A DNA stretch of 64,000 nucleotides from the human T2T-CHM13v2.0 reference genome, Homo sapiens, in NCBI RefSeq assembly GCF_009914755.1, contig NC_060926.1. One strand, written 5' to 3'. This document shows, piece by piece, positions 41,040 through 55,471 of the stretch. Within the stretch, counting starts at the first letter, position 1. The number at the start of each line of letters is the position of its first letter. The position numbers were made by a program, and so were the translations under genes. A model generated the notes under the pieces. It did no database searches and was not told the DNA's origin. It saw only the letters and a program-made list of their open reading frames with translations.

Positions 41040-43580
41040 AATGGTATGGGTAGGATAGGAAGGAATTGGTACTTCTCTGAGTATACCATATCTCTTTTGT
41101 ATAGTTTTTGATTCTTGGAACCAAGTTAATGTTTTACATATTCAAAAAAATTGAGTCAACAAAGAAGGAAGGGAAAAACATAAAGCTATATACACACAGA
41201 AACAAATGAATCCAGCTGCATCTCACAGGGCTGACATAACTGCTGTAATTCCCAAAGTCAACTGTGCCCACAGCCCCCATCCCACTAATTCTTGGTGGAA
41301 ATGATTTGGGGCCAGCTTCAGGAACATGCCTTCACTCCTGCTCTTGAAGCCTTGAGCTTCTGTACAAGAAGTTCAGCCTCCTCTGCTGGAAAGGGAGTTG
41401 TGGAGGGGGAGCTGAGGCCCCACATGAGTGATGAAGCCATCTCGGACATCCATCCAGGCTGAGTCCTTGCCTGACTTCACACTATCTGCTACACCCAGAT
41501 GAGACGCCCCAAACAAGAACCACCCAGCTGAACACAGTCAACCACAAAATTGTGAGGATAATGAAATGTTTTTACACCTCTAAGTGTTGGGTAGTGTGTT
41601 ATAAGGCAACAGATGACCAGAACAGTAACCACATAGAAGGGGAAAAAAAACATATTAAAGTAACATTTGAGGATAACCTCAGTCGAGAGAGAAAAACATC
41701 CTTTTGCTGGGTATAAATCTTGAACTTTACTCAGTATGTTTATTTTTGAAACTATTTTGTGTGTGTGCTATGATTGTGTAAATGAGTAATTATAAAGATG
41801 TAGGAAAAGGAGAAACAAATGTGAAATAGTGGAAGGCAAGTCAGGACTTTGCAGCATTAGGCTAACCTGAGACCGGTTTGGACGAACTTATAGCCAAGAT
41901 ACCTATATAAATATGAATACCACACACAAAACTTGAAAATGTTTGTGTGTGTGGTATTCATATTTATATAGGTATCCTGGCTCTGTCCATGGAAAGTGCT
42001 CTGAAACAGTGACACCCATCAGCAGTGAGCACACTAGTGGCCACACTTGGTCTCTAAATCCCATTCTTCACTAAGAGAAAGCAGAGTTCTTTGGAGAAGT
42101 GGTTGAGTCCAGGACCAAAGCAAGTGAGAGAAGCCTAGAATGTCTTGTTTCTGCCACAAAGTAAAAAAAAATATGCTCAAAATATGATTGAAGCATATGA
42201 AAAGGAGGGGGCTCCCACCGGCCAAACCAAAGGCAACGTGAGTATCAAGATGAATAGTAAGACCAATGGGCTAGAATGCATTAAATTTGTTAAAAAGAGA
42301 GAAACACCATGTGTCCATATTTATTTTAGAAAGAAACAGAAGAGAAGAAAATGTCTTCTACTGTAAATAGAATATCAACTAATAAATGTGGAAGGAATGA
42401 TAAGGGTTAGAAAATAATAATTTTGCAACCAATACAGTAATAAATGATTCACGCAAGAATCAGCAACAGATGCTAAAACCAATGAGTCAAAGTATATTAG
42501 GAAACAGCTTGTTTCTTCAGTTTCAAAGTTTCAAAAAAATGTATGTTGACAGTGGAGGACTCTGCAACATCACCTTAACCAAGTGATCAAAGTAACATCT
42601 CTAACCATGGGACAAAGGGACTTTGTGTGCCTCGTGATATGGTACACTGAGAAGGACACAACATCAGTTGTTTCGTGTCCTTGCCAAAAATGCAACCATA
42701 AATAAAATCATAAGGCAACCATGAGACAAATCCAAATTGAGGGGCATTGTACCAAACAAGTGGGCTGTACTCTTCAAAAATGTCGTAAAACACAAAAGAC
42801 ACACAATGTTATAGCGGCATTATTCAGAACAGCCAAAAGGCTGAAGCAACTCAAGTGTCCATTGACAGATAAATGGATAAAATCTGGTATACACCTACAA
42901 TGCTGTATTATTCAGCCTTAAAAAAGAAAGAAAATCTGACACATGCTACAACATGGATGAATCCTGAGGACATTATTTGAGTGAAATAAGCCAATCACAA
43001 AAGATTATATGATTCCATTTTAATGAGGTACCTAGACAGAAAGTAGAATGGTGGTTGCCAGAGGCTGGGGAGAGGAGGAATGGGGAGTTAGTGTCTCATA
43101 GGTACAGAGGTTCAGTTAGGGAAAATGAAAAAGTTCTGGAGATGAATGGAGGTGATGGTTGCATGGCAATGTGAATAAACATGACTGACACCACTGGAAT
43201 GTACATGGTTAAGATGGCAAATGTTAAATTATGTGTTTTTTACCACAATTAAATAAACTTTTTTAACAAGACAAAAGGAAGCTCAAGAATATTAATAGAC
43301 ACGACAAACAAAAGCATTGTGCAATCCTGCATTGGGAGTTGGGGGTAGAGATGCTACTAAGCACATTATTAGGACAATGGGCAAGATGTGGTTGCAAACT
43401 GCATTTTTTGATAATAGTATTATATCAATGTTACATTTTCTGAATTTGATAACTTTATCATACCGTGCTGGAGAATGTATTATTATTTTTATTATGAATT
43501 ATTTTTAGGAGGTGTGCACTGAACTTTTAGAGCTTAAAGGTGATGATGTCTGTGACTTACTTTTGTATGTTCCAGGCAAC
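41040..43580 (+). mobile_element. Old L1MC/L1MB 3' UTR fragments with a nested MLT1 LTR (~41240-41624) and L1MB (~42805-43265)
   Basis: L1MC-like gacacaacatc...gacaaatccaaattgagggg. L1MB-like gaaagtagaatggtggttgccagaggctgggg. MLT1 3' end gtgttataaggcaacagatgaccagaaca. Confidence 0.7.
41892..41982. repeat. Inverted repeat / hairpin with a perfect 31-bp stem
   Basis: 41898-41928 gatacctatataaatatgaataccacacaca is the exact reverse complement of 41946-41976. Confidence 0.96.
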
Positions 43581-45540
43581 CCAGACCCTGGATCTGCTTG
43601 GTCTTGCCCAGCTTTTTAGGCACTCGGACGCTAGGCAGCTGAGCTGGGAGAGGGGCATCCACCAGCCTCAGAGCCACCACATGGCTCTCCACTCCTTCCA
43701 TCCCTGATAAGCACAGGTGACTCCATCTGGAACTTCATGTCCTTGAGCTCCAGGACTCCTCAGCCACCAGGAAGGACCGGGAGCTCTGAGGCTGGTTTCC
43801 GCAGGAGTCGGCCCGAGCTGGAGACATCTGGCCAGTGGTGATGGGGCCGGCTCCGCTCCCTCCATCCCACCAGGCCAGGTGAGGTAGAGCCAGAGAGGGC
43901 ATCTGAGCGGGAGGCAGGGCCCCTTCATAGTGTGGTCCCTGGCTCCCCTGTCCCTGGGGGTTAGGAGGGTCTTGGGGGCAGCCGGGAGCAGAGCCCAGGG
44001 CCGCAGGAGGAGCAACTTTGGCTGCCCTTTCCTTGGGGCTCTGGCCAAACGCCAGCCTCTGCAAGAGTCCAGACCCAACTTTGCCCAGGGTGCCTGTGGA
44101 GGGTGGGCTGCTCAGACCCGTGCGTCCCCACAGAGGGGCCGGAGTCCCACTTCCATGGGGGCAGGGAGTGCCCAGTGCATCCTTTTCCCTAGAATGCCTC
44201 ACCTCTGGGAAAGCTGTCACTGGTTTCGAGCCAGCTGGTCCGCCTGGGACCGTGTCCCCTTCACCATATTGGGCAGGCTCAGCGTGGGCTCGGCCATGCC
44301 ATGGGACAAGGTATGCCTATGGGCTCCTGGCTGCCTGGGCCCCCGCCTCGGCCCACCTTCACACACAGCTCAGCAAGAGCTTGCTCTGGGCACTGGGCTG
44401 AATTCCTTCACAAGGGGGAGAAGGGGAAAAATATAATCTAAAAATACAATATGACAAAGTGCTGGCCTTCAGCTTGTGTGGGCCACTGGTGAAAACTGTG
44501 CCAGCTTCCTGGCAGGCTCGGGAGGGCAGGGAGATGCAGGTTCCCGCAGCTCACAGTAAAGTGTTGTGAACCCACGAAGGACCGCTCCAGGCCTGCGCTC
44601 CAGCACCAGCCACCGCCGTCCACCCCACACAACAGAGGTTTCATCACCACATTCTTAGTGCTTTGGAAAGACCTGCTTGACCTTTCTATGACCTAAAATT
44701 AACGCTCCGAAAGCTCGAAAGCTCCTTAAAATATTACCTTTCTCCTCCCTCCCAAAAATCTTAAGTTTGTGTCTCTGCCAAGGACTGGGGGTTAGATCTG
44801 GAGCAAACCAAGGGCCGGCTTTCCCGGAGAGGCCCTGGGGGCCAGCATGGCCTCGGTGCTAGCCTTCTTGTCCCTCTCGGTGAAAAAGGATGATGGGAAA
44901 GCACGACCCTTGGCCCGGCTCAGTGCACTTCATGCTCCCTCCTGGTAACATCAAAAAGATGAAAACTTTTAATCCCACCCTGGACCCAAAAGTGTTGCTC
45001 TTGGCTCCAGAACAACAAAGTAAGAGTAATTAATAGAAGGCCAGAGACTCAGGAAAACAGCAACTGATTTCATGAGGCTATGAGGACCCTTTACGAGAGC
45101 CTGTGGCACCCCATCCTGCTCGCTCCCCGGCAGAATGGCTGTGGCTCCCGAGAACAGATGGCAAAGGGATGCACCTTTATGCCAGAGACGCACAGCATTC
45201 CCTAAACTCCCAGTCATTCAGCAGCAAAGCCTCCCGTGAAGGCAGGACAGGAAAGAGCCGCAGCTCTGTGAGTTAGGGGAGGAGGTGCTATGAACCACAC
45301 TCCCTCGGCATGGTGCAGGGCACCGGCAGGTGCCTGGGTCACCTTCCTGTCTTAATTGTACCAGGTCTAGACCCAGCTACTGGGAGGTGAGGTAGACCCA
45401 GCAGTCCTGGGAGCTCTCTCCCCGCAAAAAAGACCAGTCCCTGTATGCATCTGCAGATTCCCCAGCAAAGGCAGCAAAACATACCCCCAACCCCTGCTGG
45501 GGACCTACCCTGAATATTTCCTACCCTTAGGAAATAATAA

Positions 45541-46070
45541 TCTTCCTTCCTTCCCTCCTTCCCTCCCTCCCTCCCTCCCTTCCTTCCTTCCTTCTCTCCT
45601 TCCTTCCCTCCCTCCCTCCTTCCTTCCTTCCTTTATTCCTTTTTTCCTGTCTTCCTTCTTTCTCTCTCTTCCTTTCTCTCCTTCCTTCCTTCCCTCCTTC
45701 TCTCCCTTCCTTCATTTATTTATTTATTTCTCTCTCTCTCTTTCTTTCTTTCTTTTTCTTTCCTTCCTTCCTTCTTTCCTTCCTTCCTTCTTTCTTTCTT
45801 TCAACAGAATCTCACCCTGTCACCTAGGCTGGAGTACAGTGGCGTGATCCCAGCTCACTACAGCCTGAACCTCCCAGGCTCAAGTGATCCTCCTGCTTCA
45901 GCCTCCTGAGCAGCTGGGACTATAAGCATGTGCTACCATGCCTGGGTATTTTTTTTGTAGAGCTGGGGTCTTGTTATGCTGCCCAGGCTGGACTCCCCTG
46001 GGTTCAAGTGATCCTCCTGCCTTGGCCTCCTAAAGCACTGGGATTACAGGTGTGAACCACCACGCCTGGC
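45541..46070 (-). mobile_element. AluJ (~45803-46070) with an expanded (TTCC/TCCC/TTTC)n low-complexity tail
   Basis: ~260 bp pyrimidine tract followed by an antisense Alu with J-type ggctcaagtgatcctcc. Confidence 0.92.
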
Positions 46071-47206
46071 TATACACCTTTTAAATGTTGTTTCTGCTCA
46101 CATTTGGTGGGGAAGAAGCCTCTATCTGAGGTTTGTTTTCTGAGAAGCACATGGGGTGTGGAGGGAGGGGCCCGGGGAGAAAGAACGTCACCATTTGACA
46201 GCCATGCACAGGAAAGGTGGGTGAACCTGGGCAAATCTCTGGAACCATCTAAGTTTCCCAATTAAAACGTCAGCCCCACAAGACCGGTGTCTGCTTGGTG
46301 TGTGCACACATATGAACTCATCAAGTAGGCAGGGAAGATATTCGCATTCCAAGAAGAAAATACAGCTTGGAGAGTGTAAATCTCGTTCAAGGTCACAGGC
46401 TGAACACTGGCCAAGCCAGGAATAAAAATCAAGTCCTCTGACTCCAAGCCCTGGGCGCTTTCTGCTGCAGCACCTGGGCTTCCAGAAATGTTAAGCATCT
46501 CAAATACAGCCATGAAATGGAGAATCAATTTTAAAGTCCCTCTGAGCGGCAGTAAAAATATCTACTGGAGAGGCGGCCTCACCCCAAGATCCCAAGGGTT
46601 GCATTAAATCTAATATTAAGATTACGAGTGTGACAGAGTTGTTTGTCGGATCGGTCCTGTTGTAAGGAACAGAGATGTACTCAGGTTGCTGGGGTTAATG
46701 AGGTCAGGGCTGGAGAGACGCAGGAAGCTGGGAGAAACGTTGCGAGCTCAGAGCAGGCCTTTCAGAGGGCGGGAATGTTACCCAGAACACGCTTGTTTGT
46801 CACTGCTCAGCCACGAAGCCCGTCACTGATTCTCAGGTACTCCACTTCCAGGCCCCGGCCAGGCCAGCTGGCCCCTTTCCCTTCTCTCCAGTCTCAGCAC
46901 TTGGCTTTCCTCCTGCCCCTCCTGGCTTCTGTCTCGCATCCCCACGCTGGACTCACCAGACCCTATCACTCTCTCCTGAGCTGCTTTAGAGTGTGCTTGT
47001 GGAGCAGAGCTTTCCTGCCAGGTCAGGCCAGAGGCCACTGGGCAGTCTGCCAAGAGTGGCCTGGGGTCAGTTTCCTACCCTGGTCCATCCGGTTGGCTGT
47101 GGCCAGCATGACTCAATTACAGAGGCAGCCTCCTCAGAAGGCAGAGTGGGGCTGCGGTAGGAACAGAGACAAAAGCAACGGATGCCAATTTCCCCCAATA
47201 GTCTCT

Positions 47207-47500
<294 letters not shown>

Positions 47501-47570
47501 CACCCCTGATAATTTTTGATGCCTCCCCATCTTGTCCCAAATGACCCTCAGTATCAGCAGAAGGAACAGG

Positions 47571-47925
47571 TGTCAGTGCGTTCAGGCTGCTGTAATGAAA
47601 TGCCATGACCCGGATGGCTCCTGAACAGTGAGATCTGTCTCTCGCAGCTGCGGAGGCTGCGAAATCCAAGAGCCAGGCAGATGCAGTGTCTGGTGAGGGC
47701 TACTTCCTGGTTCACAGATGGTGCCTTCTTGCTGTGCCCTCACATGGTGGAAGGGGCAAGGGAGCTCTCTGGGGCCTCTTTTTTAAGGGCACTGATCCCA
47801 TTTCTGAGGACTCTGCCCCCATGACCTCATCACTTCCTAAAGGCCCCTTCTCCTAATACCATCACCCTGGAGGTGAGGATTTCAACCTATCAATTTTGGA
47901 GGGACACAAATGTTCGGCCCATAGC
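47571..47925 (-). mobile_element. MaLR LTR (MLT1A-like)
   Basis: gtgtctggtgagggc...cctaataccatcacc...ggagggacacaaatgttcggcccatagca. Confidence 0.88.
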
Positions 47926-48498
47926 AAATAGAAATTGCAGACAACCTCCCGAGGTGCTGAGTCCACATTGGTGAAAAAACTTACTTGTGCATAAAATGTT
48001 TGTTCCTTACATGCACGCAAGCTTACGGTGATGGCCTGGCTTGTTTGTCAAGGCTTGGTGTTTCTGCGCAGCACAGGGCGGGCTGTCGCTGGTTGCCCTG
48101 ATTTGCATTCCCCTCCCCGTAGTGAGAAGATCCAGTCCTCACCACTGAGCTCAGGAGGGCTTCTCGGCCAGGGAAGTGTGGGCCAAGTCATGTGGGACAC
48201 TTCCCATCAGAAACACAGAGAGCCAGCCTGTGGTTCTGGAAGTCTCCCTGCCCTCTTTGCATGAGCCTGGCAATGTCCCAGGTGGAGCCGCTCCTGTCCA
48301 GGACGTTAGGGAGCAGAGCCACAGCCCATGGGTGGTGGAGTGAGAAGTCGCCCTGTAGTTGTAAGCCCTGAGAATTGGATTGTTCCCACAGTCCTTAGAG
48401 GCTGTGAAGGTTTTTGCCATAAATCTAGCTTGTTTCTTATTGATACACCCTCTTCTTTTTATCTGTATTTGCTGTGTGTTCCTGTTTTTCATCCTTTA

Positions 48499-48812
<314 letters not shown>

Positions 48813-51592
48813 AGTCTCTGCCTTGTTTTATGTGTCTCTTTGTGAGCAGCATCTAGCTGAATTTGGGGGATGAAGGTTTAATCCTGTAGTCTCCGGTTTT
48901 TGTACATGAGTTTAATCCCTTTACAGTTATAGTTAATACTAAAGTAATTAAAATTGTTTCTATTATTGTATGTGATATTTCATTTGCCATGATTTTTGTT
49001 TGCTTTCTTTTATCTTTTCTGCCTTTTCTAAGCATGATAACATTTTTGGATTTTTCTTTTCCCCCCAAGATGGTTTGGCAGCTGTAGATTTTTGTTTCTA
49101 TTCTTGACAGTGACTATCCTTCATTTTTAGTCTACATTCGGCACTCTGGGTTTTTTCTAATGAAATCTAAAGTATCTACGTCCTTTTTCTAAACAAGGAA
49201 CGTTATTTCCTGTATCTTGCCCTATCTTTGTTATTGTTATTGTTTATAAATGCACAAAGGTGAAGTGTTTTTACAGCGAGCAGGTACTTTATGGACACAT
49301 TTGACCAGCAGCATGCAGAGATGGGGTTTATGTTTGGTCGACTTGCTCACAGTGGCTTCCGGCCCGAGGGTTGTGTCATTCCTGGGCTTGGGACCCTTCT
49401 TGGCGTTGTCTGTTCAATCTCACTCCCCCACCTGATGCTCCTCTTTCCCGGACCTCCTCCAAGACGGGCCAGAGTTGCCCGGCCAACTCTGCCAGTCTCT
49501 TGCCTGCTCTTTTGTGGTGATTTTCTTTTGAAATCTCAGTTGCTGTGTGATGCGTTCTTGGAGAATTCCTTACGTCCGTCTTCCGTTTCACCCGAGATCT
49601 GTTTGCCTGAATTTGCTGAGGATTTTATTGCATTTGCTGGTTTCCTTTTTATTTCAATGAGCATCTTTTTAATTTTCAGGTTTACTAATTAGATATTTTC
49701 CATTTCCATCAGTTCTGATCCTTTTCATTTCTGCCAAGTTTTGTGTATAGCCAATTACTCTTTTTAGGCTATTTCTTGTCTTTCCTCTTTAAGATGCTAA
49801 AAAACTTACTTTAAGGTCATTTTCCTGTTGCTGTGGTTCTCCCCCGTGTCCCTCTCCACACTCCTCCTTCTCTCCCTGTCCACGCCTCTCACATACACTC
49901 AACCCTGTCTGCCCTGAGGGTTTGCATCGGTCTTCGCCCAGCCTCCAGGGATGCCCTCCGTGAACCAGGTTTCATGTCCCACAGAGCATCGGCTAAATCA
50001 CAAATAGAGTAATGGCATTGGTGGTGCCTTACCTGGGTCCTGGACAGGAGGCTGCTTCCTCTCACCTCCTGGTCCTTGAATCTGTGGAAGCTAAAGCCCG
50101 AGAAGCACTCAGCTGGAATTTTCTTTCTGTTCCCTCTCTGGGGTGGGGGTCTCTCTGTGCAGTCAGCTGGCCTCTGCTCCCAACCGTGGGGGCTGCACCA
50201 GGTGCCAGCACTTCCCCGACATTGGTTCCGGACCGGAAGCCCCATCTCAGACCCCACCCACGGGTTTTGTTCTGTCTGTTTTTGGTGTCTGTGATGCTTG
50301 GCTTGTTTTGTTGAAATATGTTTTCTCTAATGCTGCTGCGTATTCGGAGCAGAGAAGAGGCCTCAGTGCATGAACTTGTAGGGCCGTGCTGTCCAGAAAT
50401 CCGGAAGTTTCATTTCTTTGTCTACATAAATCAACTTAAACCCAACTTGGAGCCCCACCCTGTGGGGCTGGCAGAAAATGCAACTCTCTCCCCTCCTAGA
50501 GTCCCTCCAGGATCCAGAAGCTTCCATGGTGCCCAGAAGAGCTGAAGGGCTGGGAGCTGTCACCACTGCCTCAGTGCCACTCGCACGCAAGTCCCGCTGC
50601 CCTCAGGCTGATGGCTGTTCCTCCACCCTGCCCGATGCCTGGGGATCCTTGCCGGGGATGAGAGCCTCAGGGCACAACATGGGCAGCCGTGTGCGCTCCA
50701 CCCTCCCAGGCTGTGCCTTGGAGCTGTGCTCAGACCTCAGGTCCTTGGGGACACCAGCCTCCTCCTTTTCCCAGCCTCAGTGAATCTTGCCCTCTCCCTC
50801 CCACTCGCCTCCTGGGTTTGGGTTTTTATGAAATGGGTTTAGGTTTTTACAAAAGACAGAAAGAGCCTTTGGCTTTGAGCTGCTTTGGCGTTCTGCCTGG
50901 AAAAAAAATCCCCGAGGCAAAAAAATTACAAAGAGCCGGGTGATCTGCTTGAAATTGGATGAGGGGGAGAAATAAGAAAGCAAAACAAAGATTAATATCT
51001 CCACCCACCCCCTCAAAGTGTATTCCATCACACATCCCATTAAGAGCTGGCGAATGAATGGGCTGCCATTCTGAGAAGGGCCAATTCTTGGGGGAAACAG
51101 CTGGCAGTCACCACGTCCAGAAGCCGGCGATGTGGGGGCAACTGAGGCAGGGGCCACGGCCCAGCCAGTCGAGCAGAACTGGAAGGATCACAGCCCAGCC
51201 CCGGCTCGGAATGGCCCCTCGGCAACCACCCTGAGTTACCGACAAAATGCCGACGGACTGTTTCAAACTTGTATTCTCTTAAGCACGTTGGGAGAGTATG
51301 TTTCTGTGGTTTAGAACGCTTACTATCAAAAGAGCATTTTGAACATAATTTTGTCCCTTAAAGAGGTAAGCTTCAATTACTTGAGAACTTCATGGAAGCC
51401 TCGCATTTTGCAGCAATGCCGGGTCCGTGCGTACCATCGTCTGTCCTGGTTGTGTCTCTGTGTTCTCCATGTGAGAGGGCGGGGAGGGCCGACCAGGGCT
51501 GTTGAGGCTCAGGTTCCTCGCGAACTCTGCAGGGACTCCTGGGCACGCCACTCCCCTTTTGCCCCCCATGGCATTTATCTGTAAAGTAAGAG

Positions 51593-52033
51593 TTCTGCTG
51601 GGTTAAATGGCGCCACCTCCAAAAGATATGTCCAACAGGAACATCAGAGTGTGCCCCTAGTTGGCCCAAGGGCCATGTCATTAAGATAAGAATCTCGAGA
51701 TAAGATCATTCTGGTTTAGGGTAAGCCCTAAACCCAATGCCAGGAGTCCTTAGAAGAGAAGAGAAGGGGAGAAGACACAGAGCCACGGGGAAGGAGGCCA
51801 CGTGGAGACAGAGGCAGAGGTTAGAGTGATGCATCCAGCAGCCAGGCTTCCCCGCACCTGCCAGGAGCTGCAGAGAGCCCCGGAGAGATTCCCACTCACA
51901 GCCGCAGAAGAAACCAGCCCTGCCGCCGTGATGTAGGACTTCCGGCCTCCAGAACTGTGGGAGGACACATTTCTGTTGTTTGAAGCCACCCAGTTTGGGG
52001 TCATTTTTTATGACACCCCTAGGAAACTAATTC
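51593..52033 (+). mobile_element. MaLR solo LTR (MLT1B/C-like)
   Basis: ggacttccggcctccagaactgtgggaggacacatttctgttgtttgaagccacccagttt...ctaggaaactaattca. Confidence 0.87.
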
Positions 52034-52402
52034 AGGAGGTTAAACTAAATCATTTCGAAGCCTCCTCAGAAATCTCCAGGCTATGGTTAGGAAGCGGGGT
52101 CCTGAATGTGGAATCCCTCTGAAGAACACAGCACACATATTCCCGTCTCCATCGTCTCCCTTCTCTCTGGAATCCGGGCCGGCCGAGAGGAAGCTGCCCT
52201 TCCCAGGCTGCTGCACCAGAGGACTGGGGGCCTGCCAGTGAAGCTTACAAGAGAAATGGCTGTAGGATGCAAAGATAGTTAGCCTGGGAAAGAGGAGACG
52301 TCCAGGGCCGTGGTAAGTTGAAAGCTTCTCATTTGGAAAAGAGATTAATCTTATTTTCGGTATTTCCAGAGGCAGCCCTGCAAGAGGAGTCAGATCTCTT
52401 TT

Positions 52403-52798
<396 letters not shown>

Positions 52799-53519
52799 CA
52801 GATTTCCTTTCAGTACAATTTCCTACAGGGAGAAGACTGCAGCCCTGGAAGGGCAGAACCTGCCTCTGCTGGTAGCTGTGCAGGCAGGTAAGGGTGAGAG
52901 AGGGTCACAGCCCTGTGGGTGTTTGGGCTGGACAACCTGAGACCCCTTTTAAATCTGAGTTTTTGAAAGTTCATTATTCCTTGGGCTTTTTAGATCTCAC
53001 CAATACAATTTAATTCCACAAAATCAGAAATCTCCAGTGAGCAGGGCCCAGGAATCTGCATTCATGCAAAGAGCCGTTGTGTCCCAGGCAGTCTGGAGAC
53101 TCAGGCTAGTGACTGAGTGTTCCCTCAGCTGAATACAACCCGACCACAGCCAGCTACAGCCCCAGGGCTTGACCCACTGGGGACACCCCAAGACCACCTG
53201 CCCTGGCTTGGGAGGAGCTCCCCTTCTCTGCTGCGGGGTTGGGTCCTTGCCCTATGCAAATGCCCTTGTTGGCTGCAGATGGATCAGCCTCTCTCTTCCC
53301 ATTTCTGAATTTTGGCCAAGATTAATAATAGGAGATAATTTCTTAAAATGCCCTTTACTCCTCTTTCCATCTTTCCCTAAAACCCGCCTCCTTCTAGAAG
53401 CCCTTTCTAGCCGCTATTTTCTGTCTGTCTCCATTATTCTCTAACTTAGCAAGCAAGCCATTCCCTTAGTTTATTGAATTTATCAGCTGGGGTGAATGTG
53501 TTTGTTAGCTTACTTTTTA

Positions 53520-53940
53520 AACAAAATTTTTGTTTTGAATTGACACATAACAATTGTACATGTTTCTGGGGTTCACCGTGATGTTTCCATGCGTGCACAC
53601 GTGGTATAATAATCAAATCAGGGTGGTTAGCATGTCAACCCCTCAGACCTTTATCATTTCTGTGTTGTGATAACATTGAGATCCTCTTTGCCAGCTCTCT
53701 TGAAATATATAATACATTCTTATTAACCCGCTGTGCCATAGCACACCAGGCCTGTTCTTCCTGTCTCACTGGAACTTTGCACCCATTGACCAAGCTCCTA
53801 CCCCCGCCCATCCATCCTCTGGGAACCACTGTTCCACTCTCTATTTCTATGAGATCAACGTTTTTGGATTCCACATGCGGGTGAGATCATGCAGAATGTA
53901 ACTGTCGGTGCCTGGCTTATTTCAGGTAACATGATGTCTT
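53520..53940 (-). mobile_element. L1MA-type 3' UTR fragment
   Basis: aattgacacataacaattgtacatg...aaccactgttccactctctatttctatgagatcaac...tgcctggcttatttca. Confidence 0.85.
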
Positions 53941-54069
53941 TGATCTGTCTCTTTCTCTCTCTCTCTCTACTCTAAGCTCCCTGGGAGCAGGGGCTGTCTT
54001 TCTCTTATCCATTCTCAAAGTCCCAGTCCTTAGCACAGGGTCCTGATGCACAGTAGGCGCTTATATCCA

Positions 54070-54527
54070 CCAGTATTAGGTTCAGCAGCAAAGAACAGAG
54101 ACCCCGAATTACCATTGACCCAACCACACAAGATTTTGTTCCCTCAAGCAGAAACTCCAAAGGTGGACAGTGCAGGTGGTGTGGGCAGCTCGGCTCCACA
54201 CAGCCGACAGGGATCCAGGCCCCTTCCACTCTCTGCTCCACTGTCTCCCAGTGTTCTCGTAGTCTGAGATGGCTGCTTAGATCTAACCTATATATCCATA
54301 TATCAGACAGCAGGAAGGAGGAGGGATGATTCGGGGCACAGCCACTTCCCTTTAGGGAAGCAGCACACAACACTTCCAGTTACATGCCATGAAGCGGATG
54401 TTAGTCATGTGGCCAACCATAGATACAGGAGAGTCTGGGAGGTATAGTTTTATTCCAGTCAGCCATGCACGGTGCTAGAAAGAGTTCCATTTCTAGGAAA
54501 TAGGGGTGTGTCCAGCAGCCTCTGCAG
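54070..54527 (-). mobile_element. Old MaLR LTR (MLT1J/L-like)
   Basis: attaggttcagcagc...cagggatccaggccccttcc...ttagtcatgtggcca...gagagtctggga. Confidence 0.6.
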
Positions 54528-55284
54528 TGGAGCTCAGTAATTATAACTTGAATAAATAGGTGACTCAGAGCTCAGCCCGAACTGGTAGAATCTTAGGTCA
54601 CCTTTATTTGACAGGGAGGATGCCCTGCTATTTACGGGCATTGATCTTTCTGCCCATAAAAATGCTGCTGGCATTGCTTCAGTGACTCAGGGACATCAGA
54701 CCAGCACCCAGGTGGATGGCAAATCCCTGGAGAACACAGACATCCTTCCTTTCCCTTCTATCATGTTCATTTGTCCCTCATTCCTCTTTCTGTCCCTGCA
54801 GCACCGGGCCCTCTGCCTTGCACACCGTGGGTTGAGCAAACGTTTGTTGCTGGTGATGATGGTGGAGGGAAGGATGGTGTTCTCCACAGGGTTTGTGAGG
54901 GGCACTCACCTGCCTTGAGTGTTTTCCAGATGGGCTTTCACAGTTCTCTAAAGTCCAGTATAAATACGGCGGGGAAATGGGGCAGGGCTGTTGCCATCTT
55001 CCAGTCGGGAAAGGACTGGCAATTGTCCTCATGGCAATGGTGCTCCGTTCATCACCAAATCAACGTGCAGAGCTCAGGGTGCAGACGGAATCATCGCCTT
55101 TCTTAATTATTTTTGGTTAATAAGGAAAACACGGGCTCCTGGGCCCTAGACAGACCCTCCTGAGTTGCAGAATGATCAATCTTTCATGGCTGTGCCTTCA
55201 CCTTCATAGCAGTCACTTCTTCCTGCTTTGGATGAATCAAATCCTATTTTCAACCAGACTTATCAATGTGCCCTTAAGAGGATT

Positions 55285-55471
55285 TGAAACCCTGTCGCTA
55301 CTGAAAAAAAGAAAATTAGCTGGGCATGGTGGTGAGCACCTGTAATCCCAGCTACTCAGGAGGCTGAGACAGGAAGAATTGCTTGAACCCGGGAGGTGGA
55401 GGTTGCAGTGAACCGAGATTGCACCATTGCACTCCAACCTGGGTGGCAGAGTGAGACAAAAAAAAAAAAAA
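55285..55471 (+). mobile_element. 5'-truncated Alu
   Basis: gaaaccctgtcgctact...aattagctgggcatggtgg...gtgagac plus poly(A). Confidence 0.93.
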
